NCBI RefSeq assembly: GCF_024521635.1
Contig: NW_026250427.1
Coordinates: forward strand, 186,001 to 250,000
Reading direction: 5' to 3'
From: Tricharina praecox
Lineage: Eukaryota
DNA length: 64,000 nt
A model generated the notes under the pieces. The model saw only the letters and a list, made by a program, of their open reading frames with translations. It made no database searches and was not told where the DNA came from. A program made the translations under genes and the position numbers. Shown piece by piece: positions 36,309-47,633 of the stretch (the first letter of the stretch is position 1; every line of letters starts with the position of its first letter).

Positions 36309-38909
36309 CTAGCAGACCATGCCACCGGGGCACCCCGCGGGCGAAGCATAAACACTGCTTCCGATGCCGGCAATCTCCAGGACGGCATTAACGACGCCGC
36401 CCAATCCCTCACCGGCAATCATTCCGGCCGCGACAGCGTAGCAGAAAATATCGAAAGCGACGGGATTACGCTTTGCCCAGATCACGGCAACGATGGAGCC
36501 CATCAACATAGCGGTACCGTACTGGGTGGCGGGCAGGACGAAGGCGAGACCCACGGCCATGAAGTTCGGGACAAACTTGCGGTACTTGGCCCGCTCGCCG
36601 GCGAGATAGTTGTGCCGGAAGATGACGACGATGATCGAGAAGAGGCCCAAGACGATCGCGAAGATGCCAGAGCTGTTGGGCACCGGGAAGGTCGGGTCTG
36701 TAACGGCGATAGCGACGGCGCGCCAGGCGGCGACGCTGGGCGCTTGAAAGCTGCATGTCTCCGCTGTGAGATCGATGACGCAGGGGTAGGCTTTCATGAA
36801 GAGGCTGGAAGCATGATTAGCAAGGTACCGTGGAGAAACTGCAGGGCGGAGTTACATGAACATCCCGGGCGACAGAAACATGGCGACGATGCTGCCGACG
36901 ATCTGCGCATACCACTGCAATTTCGGTGGAGTTTTAAGTAGGAATCCAACACGGTAGTCGACGACCAGATCAGTGGACTGGCTTGCTGCACCGGATGCGA
37001 TGGCACCCCCGACAAGATTCATCCGCTGGGCGATGAGGATAGGGTGGCTTTGGGTTGCAGCCCCCAAGACCAACTGAGTGGCCTTCGCTGCAGCCGTAAG
37101 GGGCGTCGTGTCGGTCGCTCCTGTGCACTGAATAGCCAAGAAGGCAAAGATGAAGCCCAAAAGGATGGCGAGGATGGAAAGGCCGACATTTAGTTGGTAT
37201 TGAAGACCTAGGACTATACAGGTCGCGATGATGACAAGGATCAATGAGGGTCCCCACTGCCACAGCTTGACTTGATCCTCTTCCGCTGCGGGGTCTTGGT
37301 CGACCATATCGGATTCGGAATTGGCTTGCTTGTCGAGAAACACACTCGGCTTTCCCATTTTTGTGGCGAGGAAATTTGTACCTCCCGCAATGGCTTTCCA
37401 GACACTCTTCATAGCAAAGCCAAGGAGTTTGTACTGAACTCCGAGTTCAGCGAAGGAAGCACAGATCATGAGTAGGACACCACTATCGGTCCGTTAGAAC
37501 TTCACGTCTACAAGAGAGGAGGTAGTCTCAATACTCACGGCCACAGTAGCCAGTATCGGGGCGATGGCATATTCTTGGGATCCTTCAGATTGAAAGAGTT
37601 GAACGAAACGAGGCCGCCCCAGTGCTCATACTGCGGTTCTTCCGGAGAGAACAAGGAGACTCCGTATGCAGCACCATTATGCACAAGCGCCGGTCCGATG
37701 ATACCTGTCGTCGTCAGCCACCAGAACACATCCACAAGCCAGAGCGCCCCACTTACCCCACGCAAGAACGCCTCCTCCAAAGAACGAAATGGCCGGGTTG
37801 AGACCGACGAGCATACCACTGCCAATGAAGGCGGGCGTCCACTCGATGAACCATCCCCAGTTCTCGATGGCCAGGGCGGCGTTGGAGTAGTTACTCCACT
37901 GCGACACCAGTCAACTCTCTGTTCGCAAATCAATCTCGGACACGCTGTACAACGCACCTCGAAGAACCAACTGAAGATATGCCAATCCCACAGGATACCT
38001 GGGGCGTAGGAAGCTCCAACACGGAAAGCCAAGCAGACCGCGAACGTGATACCCAGTGCACGGGTCCTCTTCATCGCATTGACGTTCGAGTCACCACCGA
38101 TGGAATGCATCGACCGAATCGTCATGGCGGCGGCCGTCGCAGTTGGGAAGATGAGATTAAGCTCACGCGCAACATGGATGATGAAGAACTTCCGCACTGC
38201 GGCAGTCAGTAGTTGTCCCTACAAGTACGTCACACAAGGAGCGCTCACGAGGTGTCGCAAAGAGTAATCCATAGTAGGCGGAGACAATAGTGAACGTTAG
38301 GAGCCTAGGGAAGTCGGAGACGGGATCTCCGAGAAGGTCCATCTGATATAGCGCCGGGATCGCAGAGACGAAGATGCCACCGAGCCCACCCGCCGCTGTA
38401 GCAGCGGTCTGGACGATGGCATTCTCCTTCGGGCCAAAGCTGCCGCCGAGAATGGGGAAATTCTCTCCGAACGTGCGGCTACAGAACTTGAGAAACGCGA
38501 AGCCAAAGATCGTGCCGAAGAGATTTGCCGGGAACTTGAGAGGTATCAGTAAAGTCAGCGGGGCTCCGCTGGTAGATAGGCAAGCTCAAACTCAAGGTCG
38601 AGATGTACATACAGTCCACCCGGTCCTCAATCCCAAATAAACATTCGACGCATTAACGAGACCGCCGAGAATGCATCCCGTGACGACAGCGCGGATAGTG
38701 AGAATCTGCGAGTGCGCCTCCCGGGGCATATTCGGGTCGTCGGGAAAGGGAACGAAGGGATCCGACTCGATCTCGTGGACACTCTTGTTCTCGTCGCTGT
38801 CGATTCCCACATTGTGGAAGTCCTTCTTCTCGTCGTACGAAGGAACATGCTCGGTCAAGGAGACTCCCTCGAGAGGTGGAGGCGGAGTTTGCGGCCGGAC
38901 TGGATCCAT
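36309..38909 (-). CDS. OPT superfamily oligopeptide/metal-chelate transporter (YSL-like clade), multi-exon
   Basis: Motifs LTIRAV...SNVYLGLRTGW, FGPKENAIVQTAATA, FPTATA, TGATDTTP, AAGMIAGEGLGG; many TM segments; GT-AG introns (e.g. 38535-38612). Confidence 0.9.
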
Positions 38910-39998
38910 TTTGCTGCTGTTCTCTGGGGTTTGTCACGTCTCCGTGAACAGGAGGGAGGAGGAGGAGGAGGAGGGGGAGGAGCTGGAGGAGGTAGTTGGA
39001 GGAGGACAAGGACAAGAAACAGTGGGGACGGAAAAGGGAAAGGAATCCATGATTGCCATCCGTCCCTTATATCGTACACTCCCAAAGCGTCTATCGGCGT
39101 ATAAATCCAGCCACTCCATCCTCCTTCCCAGACCTGCCCCCTCCCCCTCCCCCTCCCCCGTCCCTTGCCACTATCAAACACAAGCACACTCAAAAGCTCA
39201 AGCACAGGCGAGCACCGATACGATACGGAACTAGAAACTAGAAACAAGACGTAGGACAGTGGGACGGTGGGACGTGGGAGGGCACCTATCCACCCTCCCT
39301 CACCTGGTAGGCATGTGCCCCACACAAGGCGCGGACAAGGCACTGCAGCTAGGTATAAACTCGGACGCTCTCTGGACTCTCTCTCGTCGCTAACCGCCGC
39401 GCCGAGTTGACGGGTACATAGAGTACATGACTATCACAAGCAAAATTCACAAAGTCTCCACCCAGACGAAACATTATGTAGCCCCCCCTATCCTAGCTAT
39501 GTCTGGCCAATCGTTAGCGAGATCCACAGATGCTTAACCTAACGGTGCGGATCCACTGCCAAAGCGGGAAGGACCGTGATTGACATTTATCTGGAAGTCG
39601 CCGCGGGAGAGCGCAAGACTGCGTGTTGCGCAGACGGACGGCACAGACGGGGGGCGGAGACGGACGGTGAAGACCTACGGTACTATCTACATACCTGGTT
39701 CGAGAAGTGATGTTACAACTGCGGGAAGTAAGGATCGTATGCTGCCCCGTTGGTGGCCACCTGCCGCCGCCGCGCGACACGGAAATTCTCCGGAAAGAGG
39801 AAAAGAATAAGAACTGCGACTCGCGACTCGCGAGTCTGCAAGAAAGATCGGATACCCGCCGCGAAACCGTCAACAACCTTCGCAGTCGTGCAACCGTCTT
39901 CGTAAAAAGCCCCCAAAATGTCTATGTAATCCAAGAATTTCCTATGTACTGTACAACAATATACATTTCACGTGTCACAGCGATCTAATCTCCACCTC

Positions 39999-41674
39999 TT
40001 AATCCTTCCTCAGCGGCTTCTGCCAATCGTTGACGTGCTTCCCGATGATGGCCGCTGCTTGCTCCGGCGTGTGTTGACGACCCAGCGCCTCGACGAAATC
40101 ACCGTCGGGATCTGCCGGTGTCAATCAGCTTGCGATCCAATCGAAAAACGGTGCGGCAGATAACCCTTCGATGCAAGGGTCGGAGGGGTGGAGTGCAGGT
40201 GATTAGACAAGCGTCAAATGACAGCCGACGAACTTTCTCCGCCGAACGCACAGGAGCAGCCCAGCGTAAATCGTGGGGCACGCTGTGGCATCGCAAATGA
40301 CGATCTCACCTGCAGCTTTTCTACCGCAGGCCGGTACTCGGAGAACCGGCACGTCACTGGCTCGGCGATCTCCGCCCATGCATAATGAAGGTGTCGAACC
40401 TCACGGGGAAATCAAATGCGCATCAGAATACGGTGGGTGCTCAACATACCCATCAAGTAGAAGTAGATTGAGTGGTCAACGAGGTAGTCCTGTCCAGGCT
40501 TGATATCGGGCGGCGTCGAAAAGTATACGCGGTATGCTTTGCAGAGCTGTTTGATCTGATCGTACGTGCCTGTATCCAAAGGTTAAGAGATCATGCAGGC
40601 TAAAGTGAACGTTCGATACCGAAGGAAGGAAGGAAGTAGCCTTTCAGAGTACGAGCGATAACCGTCGATAAGGGCACACGCTACAAGACTGCGAGGAAAG
40701 CGTCTCCATCCTCCTTCCAATCGCGCCAATGGTGTGAGGTGGTGATATTACTGACCGGTGAATCCGATAAGATCCGGGTGGAACTCTTCCAAATATTCCT
40801 TCATCTGCGATGCGCATCGAACCAGGTTAGCCGGCCGGCCGGGCCATTTCGGTAGCAAAGCTCCGTTCCCTCGATGGAGAATCGACTCGCGGGATAACGT
40901 ACGACTTCGGGCGTATCGCGTGCCGGATCGCAGGTGATGAACATCGGCGTCATGATGTTACCGTGGTTTTTCTTGACCACTACAGACCGATCCTTCGTCA
41001 CTCGTGAATTTCCCCAAGAGAAGAGCCGCAAAGAAGGAGAAAACCATACGATCGATCATCCCGGCCATTTTGTCCAGCTCCTCGGGGCATATATCTGGAC
41101 AATGGGTGAATCCGAAGTAAACCTGCGACGCATTGTCAGCCATCACCACCCCATCGACATCGTCGCGCATTTCTTCCCTTCTGATCGCCAACTCACCAAT
41201 CGGTACTTCCCCGCAAACTCCGCATCCTCCCTCACTTTCCCATTCTGATCCACGAAGCCCGTCACCGGGCCTCCGACCTTAGGCCTCCCGACACCCTTTG
41301 ACAACTCGGCGATTTTCTTCCTCGCCATCCGTTCCTTCTCCATGCGGAAGTAAAACGCCAGTCCGACACCGGAAGCGACAAACAGAAGCCCGGCTTTCCA
41401 CGAGAACGGCTACCCCCCCACCCCAGTGATCAGCTACTGCCATCACCATCACCACCACCATCCCGAAGTCTCATCGCGTGTAGCTGGGGGGACGGGGAGA
41501 CGGGAGGGTACAGGTACTGACTCCACTACGATACCTCGCCTTAGCCTCCTCGACGGTTTTGAACTTCTGGAGCATGGGCGACGAGTGGAACTGCTTCGTC
41601 CGGGCAATACGAAGGAGGCATTGCGGCGACGGCGCTGGGCGGTGCAGCAGACGGAGGGTCTTGGACGCGTTCAT
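39999..41674 (-). CDS. SCO1: Mitochondrial copper chaperone SCO1/SCO2, multi-exon
   Basis: Presequence-like N-terminus, single [17 protein letters not shown] (CxxxC), [24 protein letters not shown]. Confidence 0.93.
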
Positions 41675-41849
41675 GGTGGCGTACGCTGGTGGGGGTGATG
41701 TATGGCGGGGAATGGTGGGATGTGTAGCTTCGGCAACCAAGTGGTTCGATGACGAGGGTGGCCCGACCTAAACTTTGATCCGTCGCCAAGCCGGGCCGGA
41801 TTACGTAGCTCAGCTACATGGCGTCTCACTCGGGTTACAATGAGCTTTG

Positions 41850-42716
41850 TGTTGATGATTCATCAGTCATCTCGCGTCTGCTTGCCTATCCTAGCTTACC
41901 CTAGCTCATAACAACCTTGGCACTACCGCAGACTTCATCATATCCCCATCTTCTCTTCTTCAGCAATCCATCTCATTACGATCATCTCGTATAAACTCTC
42001 CATCTTATATCTCTAACAGGTTATGAGCCCGGGTCAGCGTAACTAATATCGACGATCTCATCCTTTATCCTCAACAAGACATCAAAGACCCGTCCGAGAT
42101 CTGCAGGATCCTTCGAGACAAACTCGACAACCCGGCCAACGAAGTGGACCGATCGATTATGGTCCGGGGATTCTACAAACAGTCCCCCGTCCCGAATGAG
42201 ACACTCCGAAGCTACTTCGAGCGTCTCATCCAATACCGTCCCCTCTCAATGGCACAGAAGAGCAAATCACGGATGCCCTTGAGGGTGGAGCGGTATAGGA
42301 TAAGACGCTCAAAGTAGCTTCGGAGCGTCTCGTTTGGGGCGAGGGACTGTTTGTAGATTCCCCGGACCATAATCGATCGGCCCACTTCGTTGGCCCAGTT
42401 GTCGAGTTTTTCTCGAAGTATCCTCCGCATCCCGGACGGGTCTTTGTTGCCCCCGAAGGCTTGTTGAGGATAAAGGATGAGATCGTCGATATTGGTTACG
42501 CTGACCCGGGCTCGTAACCTGTTGGAGATATAAGATGGAGAGAGTGTACGAGATGGTCGTAATGAGATGGATTCCAGATCTCGGACGGGTCTTTGATTCC
42601 CCGAAGGCTCGTTCTCGGCCTTGGTCTTGGTTGGTATGAGCCACTCTAATGTTGATTGTCACAATTAAAATCTAGGATAGGCAGGCAGACGTGTGATGAC
42701 TGATGAATAACCAACA
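41850..42716. mobile_element. Foldback made of two convergent Ty5/copia-like 5' ends (LTR + PBS + gag fragment)
   Basis: Left: TGTTG...TAACA 41850-42018, then PBS GGTTATGAGCCC. Right (minus): TGTTGG...CCAACA 42716-42520, then GGTTACGAGCCC. Arms are reverse-complementary around a ~19-nt loop at 42255-42273. Confidence 0.8.
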
Positions 42717-43628
42717 CTGCGCGAGGAAATAAACTTGGGAACGCAGAGTTCATGGTCTAGAAAGGCTGTGTGCGAAATATAATTGAGGATTCCAACTCCC
42801 CCAGCCCCTCTCTTTGATAACGGAGGGCATCGACGTCTGTATGTTGGTTTCTAAGGCGGCGGACGGCGAGGAGGGAGTCTGAGTCAGCGATGCCTCTGGA
42901 GAGCATCAGGAAGAACAGCGGTTCGAGGGATGGAGGGAGTGGAGGCGTTTGGCTCGTTATCCGGAGTGCAGACTAGTCTTGGTTAAATATCTGCTGACAT
43001 GATGAATTAAGAAAAACGATATGGGGTGTGTTGTTCATGAGGAGGATTGATCCACGCCGATAGACCCCTCGCAAGACTACCATACACGCCCGACTCGCGA
43101 TTTCCGCAGGTGCTATTTACTCGCCACCGCCTCTGACGATGTATAAGCCGGATAGAGCCAGCCTGTGTAGCTGTGGTGAGCAGGTTCTAACAGGAGGGAT
43201 AGCTATCCCGACGCTAGTAAGCGTCTGCCTCCAGTGGCTGGTTAGGTTCGAGAAACCGTTTGAATCGAAGTGAGAAACAAATGGAGACATTGTTGGAGAA
43301 AGAGTTTAGCAATCTCATGGACGCGATAGAGTCGTAGGTAGGTATCAGGGTGTCAATCGGGCACGATGCAAGTTTGGAACGGCCGCAGAGCACAAACAGA
43401 ACCCTCTCGGCAATATCGCACTGATGCCCGCACTCTCTGAGATATAAGCCACAGGCCAGAGCCCGTTCATAGATATCCAACTCGATCCAATCCAGCATAA
43501 TCCAATCCCACGCAATCCAATCCGAAATCCCTCAACTCAAACATGCAAAATCCCAAAGCAAAGTCACAAAACTGGTATACCCAACCACGAAGCATAACCA
43601 ATCCATCCACCGCCACCACCAATGAACC

Positions 43629-43835
43629 CTAACGATGCGCGTAAATCCCCCTCGCCATAGCCGGCAGTATCCTCCTCTTTGGATTCCGGCGGCAAGGATA
43701 GCAGTCAATCGCATGCCGCGTCTCGAGCGGCACCTCAAACGTGTTGCAGTGCAACGGGTACCTGTTCGCGCACGGCTTCTCGCGCGTGATGTAGGAATCC
43801 CCGCATGCGAAGATCTGGAGTTTGTACTGGCACAT
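43629..43835 (-). CDS. Small cysteine-rich hypothetical protein (68 aa)
   Basis: MCQYKLQIFACGD...C...C...CYPC pattern of small fungal putative zinc-binding proteins; ATG at 43835. Confidence 0.5.
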   Translation of the reverse strand: MCQYKLQIFACGDSYITREKPCANRYPLHCNTFEVPLETRHAIDCYPCRRNPKRRILPAMARGIYAHR

Positions 43836-44860
43836 TGGGGGAGTGGGATGTGGGATGTACTTTGGCGGCGAAGTAGCGAGTGACGGTGAAGCGAAGGTGG
43901 GGGGGTTGCCGTCGATGCGAGGTGAATAGGACCTAAAAGTGGCTGTCGGTAGCAACTGCAGCTGGAGCTGGGAATCGGAAGGCTCCTAATCGAAGAGCAG
44001 CGGATAGCTTGAATGAGGTGTAACTAAAGCTAGGAAATAGGAAGAGCGACGGATAGTTTTGCTGATGCTCGGTTTCGCACGATCGTCGACGATGCGAAGG
44101 GTATTCCGGACTGAAATCGGCGGGGGGCCCTCGCCCCAAATATAAGACCCAGTCCCACACACTCTCTCACACATTCACTCTCTCAATCTCTCACTCACTC
44201 GCTCACCTCACTCCTCCTCCTCAATAGTAGGCGACGTAGCAAGGGATGAACCAGCCCGCCCGCCCACCTTGGCTCGCACACACAAGAACAAAGGACTGGA
44301 ATCGAAGCCGCGTGTCTGCAGGCCGCCCTCTTGCATTCGATTCCTCTTGCGCCTTGCGTCCGGTTAGTGGCGGGTGGGGTGGAGGAGGAGGAGGAGGAGG
44401 AGGGGGAAATGGTTCCATGTAAGGGGGTGTACCGTAGTAGTTGAAAGTTCACCAGGCTGCGTGCGGGAATGTTTGCACCTACTTACTCACTTACTTGCCT
44501 CCAGGTACTTGATGGGATGGGAGCGATAAGGATCCGCCATTATGATGTGGTATGTCGATATGCTTAACAGGCTGGATGGGGGGCTGGATCGCGTGTCGAG
44601 TATGCGGGAAGCCGTGAGTCGTGACGGCTTTGCTGAGGCGGAGATATGTACGGACTATATAGTATGGGATTGAGGATGCAAAAACAAAGGTGGTATGATC
44701 GTATGAAGACGCTCAGCTCTTTTGCTGGCCGATCCGGAAGTCTACCGTTAGTAATAGAGTGTGTAAATCTTCCGACGGTCCGAGTGGAGAATCCGCCCAT
44801 AGGTATGGACATACATGATACACTGGCGCACCCGGTGACGGTGGCGGTGACGGCATTTGA

Positions 44861-44919
44861 CTCCTCTCCTCTCCTCTCCTCTCCTCTCCTCTCCAGTCCA
44901 GTCCAGTCCAGTCCAGTCC
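44861..44919 (+). repeat. Compound microsatellite (CTCCT)n(CCAGT)n
   Basis: Seen directly. Confidence 0.9.
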
Positions 44920-46578
44920 ACTCCTCTTTCACCCGCGAACGGAAGTGAAGTCAAAGTGCAAGTGCCTCTGATCCATCCATCATCTTACCCACGGGGAAGC
45001 GGGAATCGCACAACAACTGAATTCTGCACATCGAACCTGTTGGGGGAGATTGGGCCGGATGGTGCCGGTGGTGGCGGTGGCGCTTTTTCCCTTCTTTTCC
45101 TTTTGAATTCTTTTCTTTGTCCGAGCCGGCGTAGGTACATGCTTGGGAAATCTATGAAGGACAATGGACAATGGATATGATTCTGACGTTTTCTGATCTA
45201 TCGCCTTCGGTACATAAGCACTCTACGTGCAGCCGGTTCACTCGCATTCGCATGGCGGGATGGGTTACTACCTGGCAGTTAGCCAATCCGCTGCACGGCT
45301 ATCGGAAGTGAAGGAGCGCCGGCAACCTGCACGCTCCCGCGAGACGTCTCATCTTCAGTAATCAGCTCGACGAAGATGCCGAGATTTACGTACCGTATTG
45401 CACTATGGGAAAACATCCGTGGTGGAGTCGTGCTTCTCACGAGTTGCGTGCAGTGCGGTGTTGAGTCGAGAGTTTGTATGATACTGTATTACTCTGCTCT
45501 ACCATGGAGGTGCTTCAAGTCTGACATCCCAGTCCACCCCACCTCTACCTCCACACCACCACCACTTCCACCACCACTTCCACCACCATTTCCACTCCCC
45601 TTCAATCCCCTTCACTCCCATCCACTACTACCACCACCACCACAATCTCCACCTCTTCAAACGCCTGGGAGTTCGATCCGGGACCGATGCACACGACTAC
45701 CGGCATAGTTCCGATGCAGGAAATCATCTACCGGTACCTCTGCTCTGCACGGAATCGGGACTGCCAGTAAACAAAGGAAGAGAAGCGGGCCGCTACCTGC
45801 CGTGAAAGAAGCTGGAATACCGGTACATAAAGCGGTGTAGCAGAATCTGTCGCTCTTGCGTCCGAAACCATGTGTGTCCATCAGCTCTCGCACACAGGAA
45901 CGAGATGGAGATAGCAGTATCCAACTCTCCAGCGTGCGGGAGACGAAACCACGAATGAATGAACGAACGAAATGGAGATATCCAACTCTCGAGCGTGCTT
46001 GAGGCGCAACCACGAACGAAGAAAGCAACGAACGAACGTCGAAACGACAGAAGCTGGCCCGGATGAATGGACGACCTGGTTGGTCGGGCGGTTCCTGCAT
46101 CTAGAGTGCATTCCAGCCAGTTGTTCTGCAGGGAACCGCAACGCGAGCTGCTGCGACAGATAGATTTTTTAATTTTTTTCTCGTGGTGCTGCTGCTGCCA
46201 GCGCATCCTACCTGCCAGGGCCTTGTATCAGAAACTCCCGCGACCTAGACCCCCAGCCGCCCTGCCCTGTGCACGCAGATGCAGATGGGCGCCGTCGCCA
46301 GTGACCAACGAATATGCTTAAAACCCCACCTACAGAACTGCCTAGCGACGTGCTGAGGATCTAACAGCGAGTAGGAGCGCGCATACGTGATGCACAGCCT
46401 TCTGGGGGAAAGGACGCCCCCTCCCCCCCCCCCGCCGAAAAGACCTGTTTAAATGTCTGGCGCTGAGGCAATGGGTGGAACGCTGAACAAGAGACCGTGG
46501 GAAAGTTAAAGTCCTTCACATCCATCACGACGTCCCACAATCACCCCTCCCCTGCCTACACACTCGAACTCGCCCTCA

Positions 46579-47633
46579 ATGTTCGCCCGCGCAGTCACCC
46601 ATCAATGCGTATCGATACCACGGCTTCTTGCAGTCCTTGCGGTCGTGCTCGCCCTACATGCCACCCTCGTCTCGGCCCACATGGCGATGGCGGATCCGCC
46701 AGCCCTGCGGTACAAGTCGAATCCCTACAAGGTTGCCGAAGATTACGATTACCTCTCGCCGCTGTCGCCGTCGGGCAGCAACTACCCCTGCAAGGGCTAC
46801 CATGAGGATCTCGGGACACCCGGCGGAAAGTCCGTCGCGACCTACAGTCCCGGGGGGAGCTATAAAATCCGGTGAGTTGACACCCATGGCTAGTTACCAC
46901 GCGATGGTACTCTGATGTGCTGGAAACAGGCTCGATGGTTCGGCGACACATCTCGGCGGCTCGTGCCAGCTGTCGTTCTCGTTCGACGGAGGAAATTCTT
47001 GGCAGGTCATCAAGTCATTCGTCGGTGGGTGCGTGAAACCGGACCAGGGAAGTGATCAGTCGTTCTCATTTACGGTGCCGAAGGGGACGCCTGGCGGGGA
47101 AGCGCTGCTAGCATGGTAAACCTTCCCCCGAACCTCCCACCACCGCGCTTTCCGCCTCCTTCTAACGCTTGCCATTCTCTCCCAGGACGTGGTTCAACAA
47201 CCAAGGCAACCGCGAAATCTACATGAACTGCGCGGTAGTGACCATCTCCGGCGGCAAGCGCAAGCTGATGGCGCGCGAGGAATTCAACGTACTCCCGTCA
47301 ATGCTCAAGAAGCGCGCACTGGGGCCCCAAGTCTTCCTCGCAAACCTGGGCAACGGCTGCACCACGCAGGCCGGTGCCGACGTTGAGTTCCCAGACCCGG
47401 GGAACAACGTGGAGCGCGGAGGCGCGGGGGATACTGCCGCGCCCGTGGGGGATTGTGGGAAGGTGGTGGTCAGCGGAGGGGCTGGAGGCACCGGCGGCGG
47501 CACCGGAGGCGGGAAGAATTGTGAATACTGGAGGGCTCAGGGTTATTACTGCTCTGGCGCGATCGGAGTCGAGGTGCAAAGGACGTTGGTCGTGCTGGTC
47601 GTCGTGGCGGCGTTTGCGGCAGCACTGTGGTAG
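46579..47633 (+). CDS. AA11 lytic polysaccharide monooxygenase (chitin-active family), secreted, likely GPI-anchored; introns 46872-46929 and 47116-47185
   Basis: Signal peptide ending VSA|H (His1), YPCKG, ATHLGGSCQ, WTWFN..GNREIYMNCA, hydrophobic C-terminal tail. Confidence 0.88.

Noticed and set aside
42040..42070. IDDLIL resembling an RT YxDD motif in the foldback arm
   Set aside because: Lies just after the PBS with no other RT motifs; likely chance.
45900..46040. Imperfect ~65-nt tandem duplication with GAAC repeats
   Set aside because: Two degenerate units in low-complexity intergenic DNA; not CRISPR-like, and no function is supportable.
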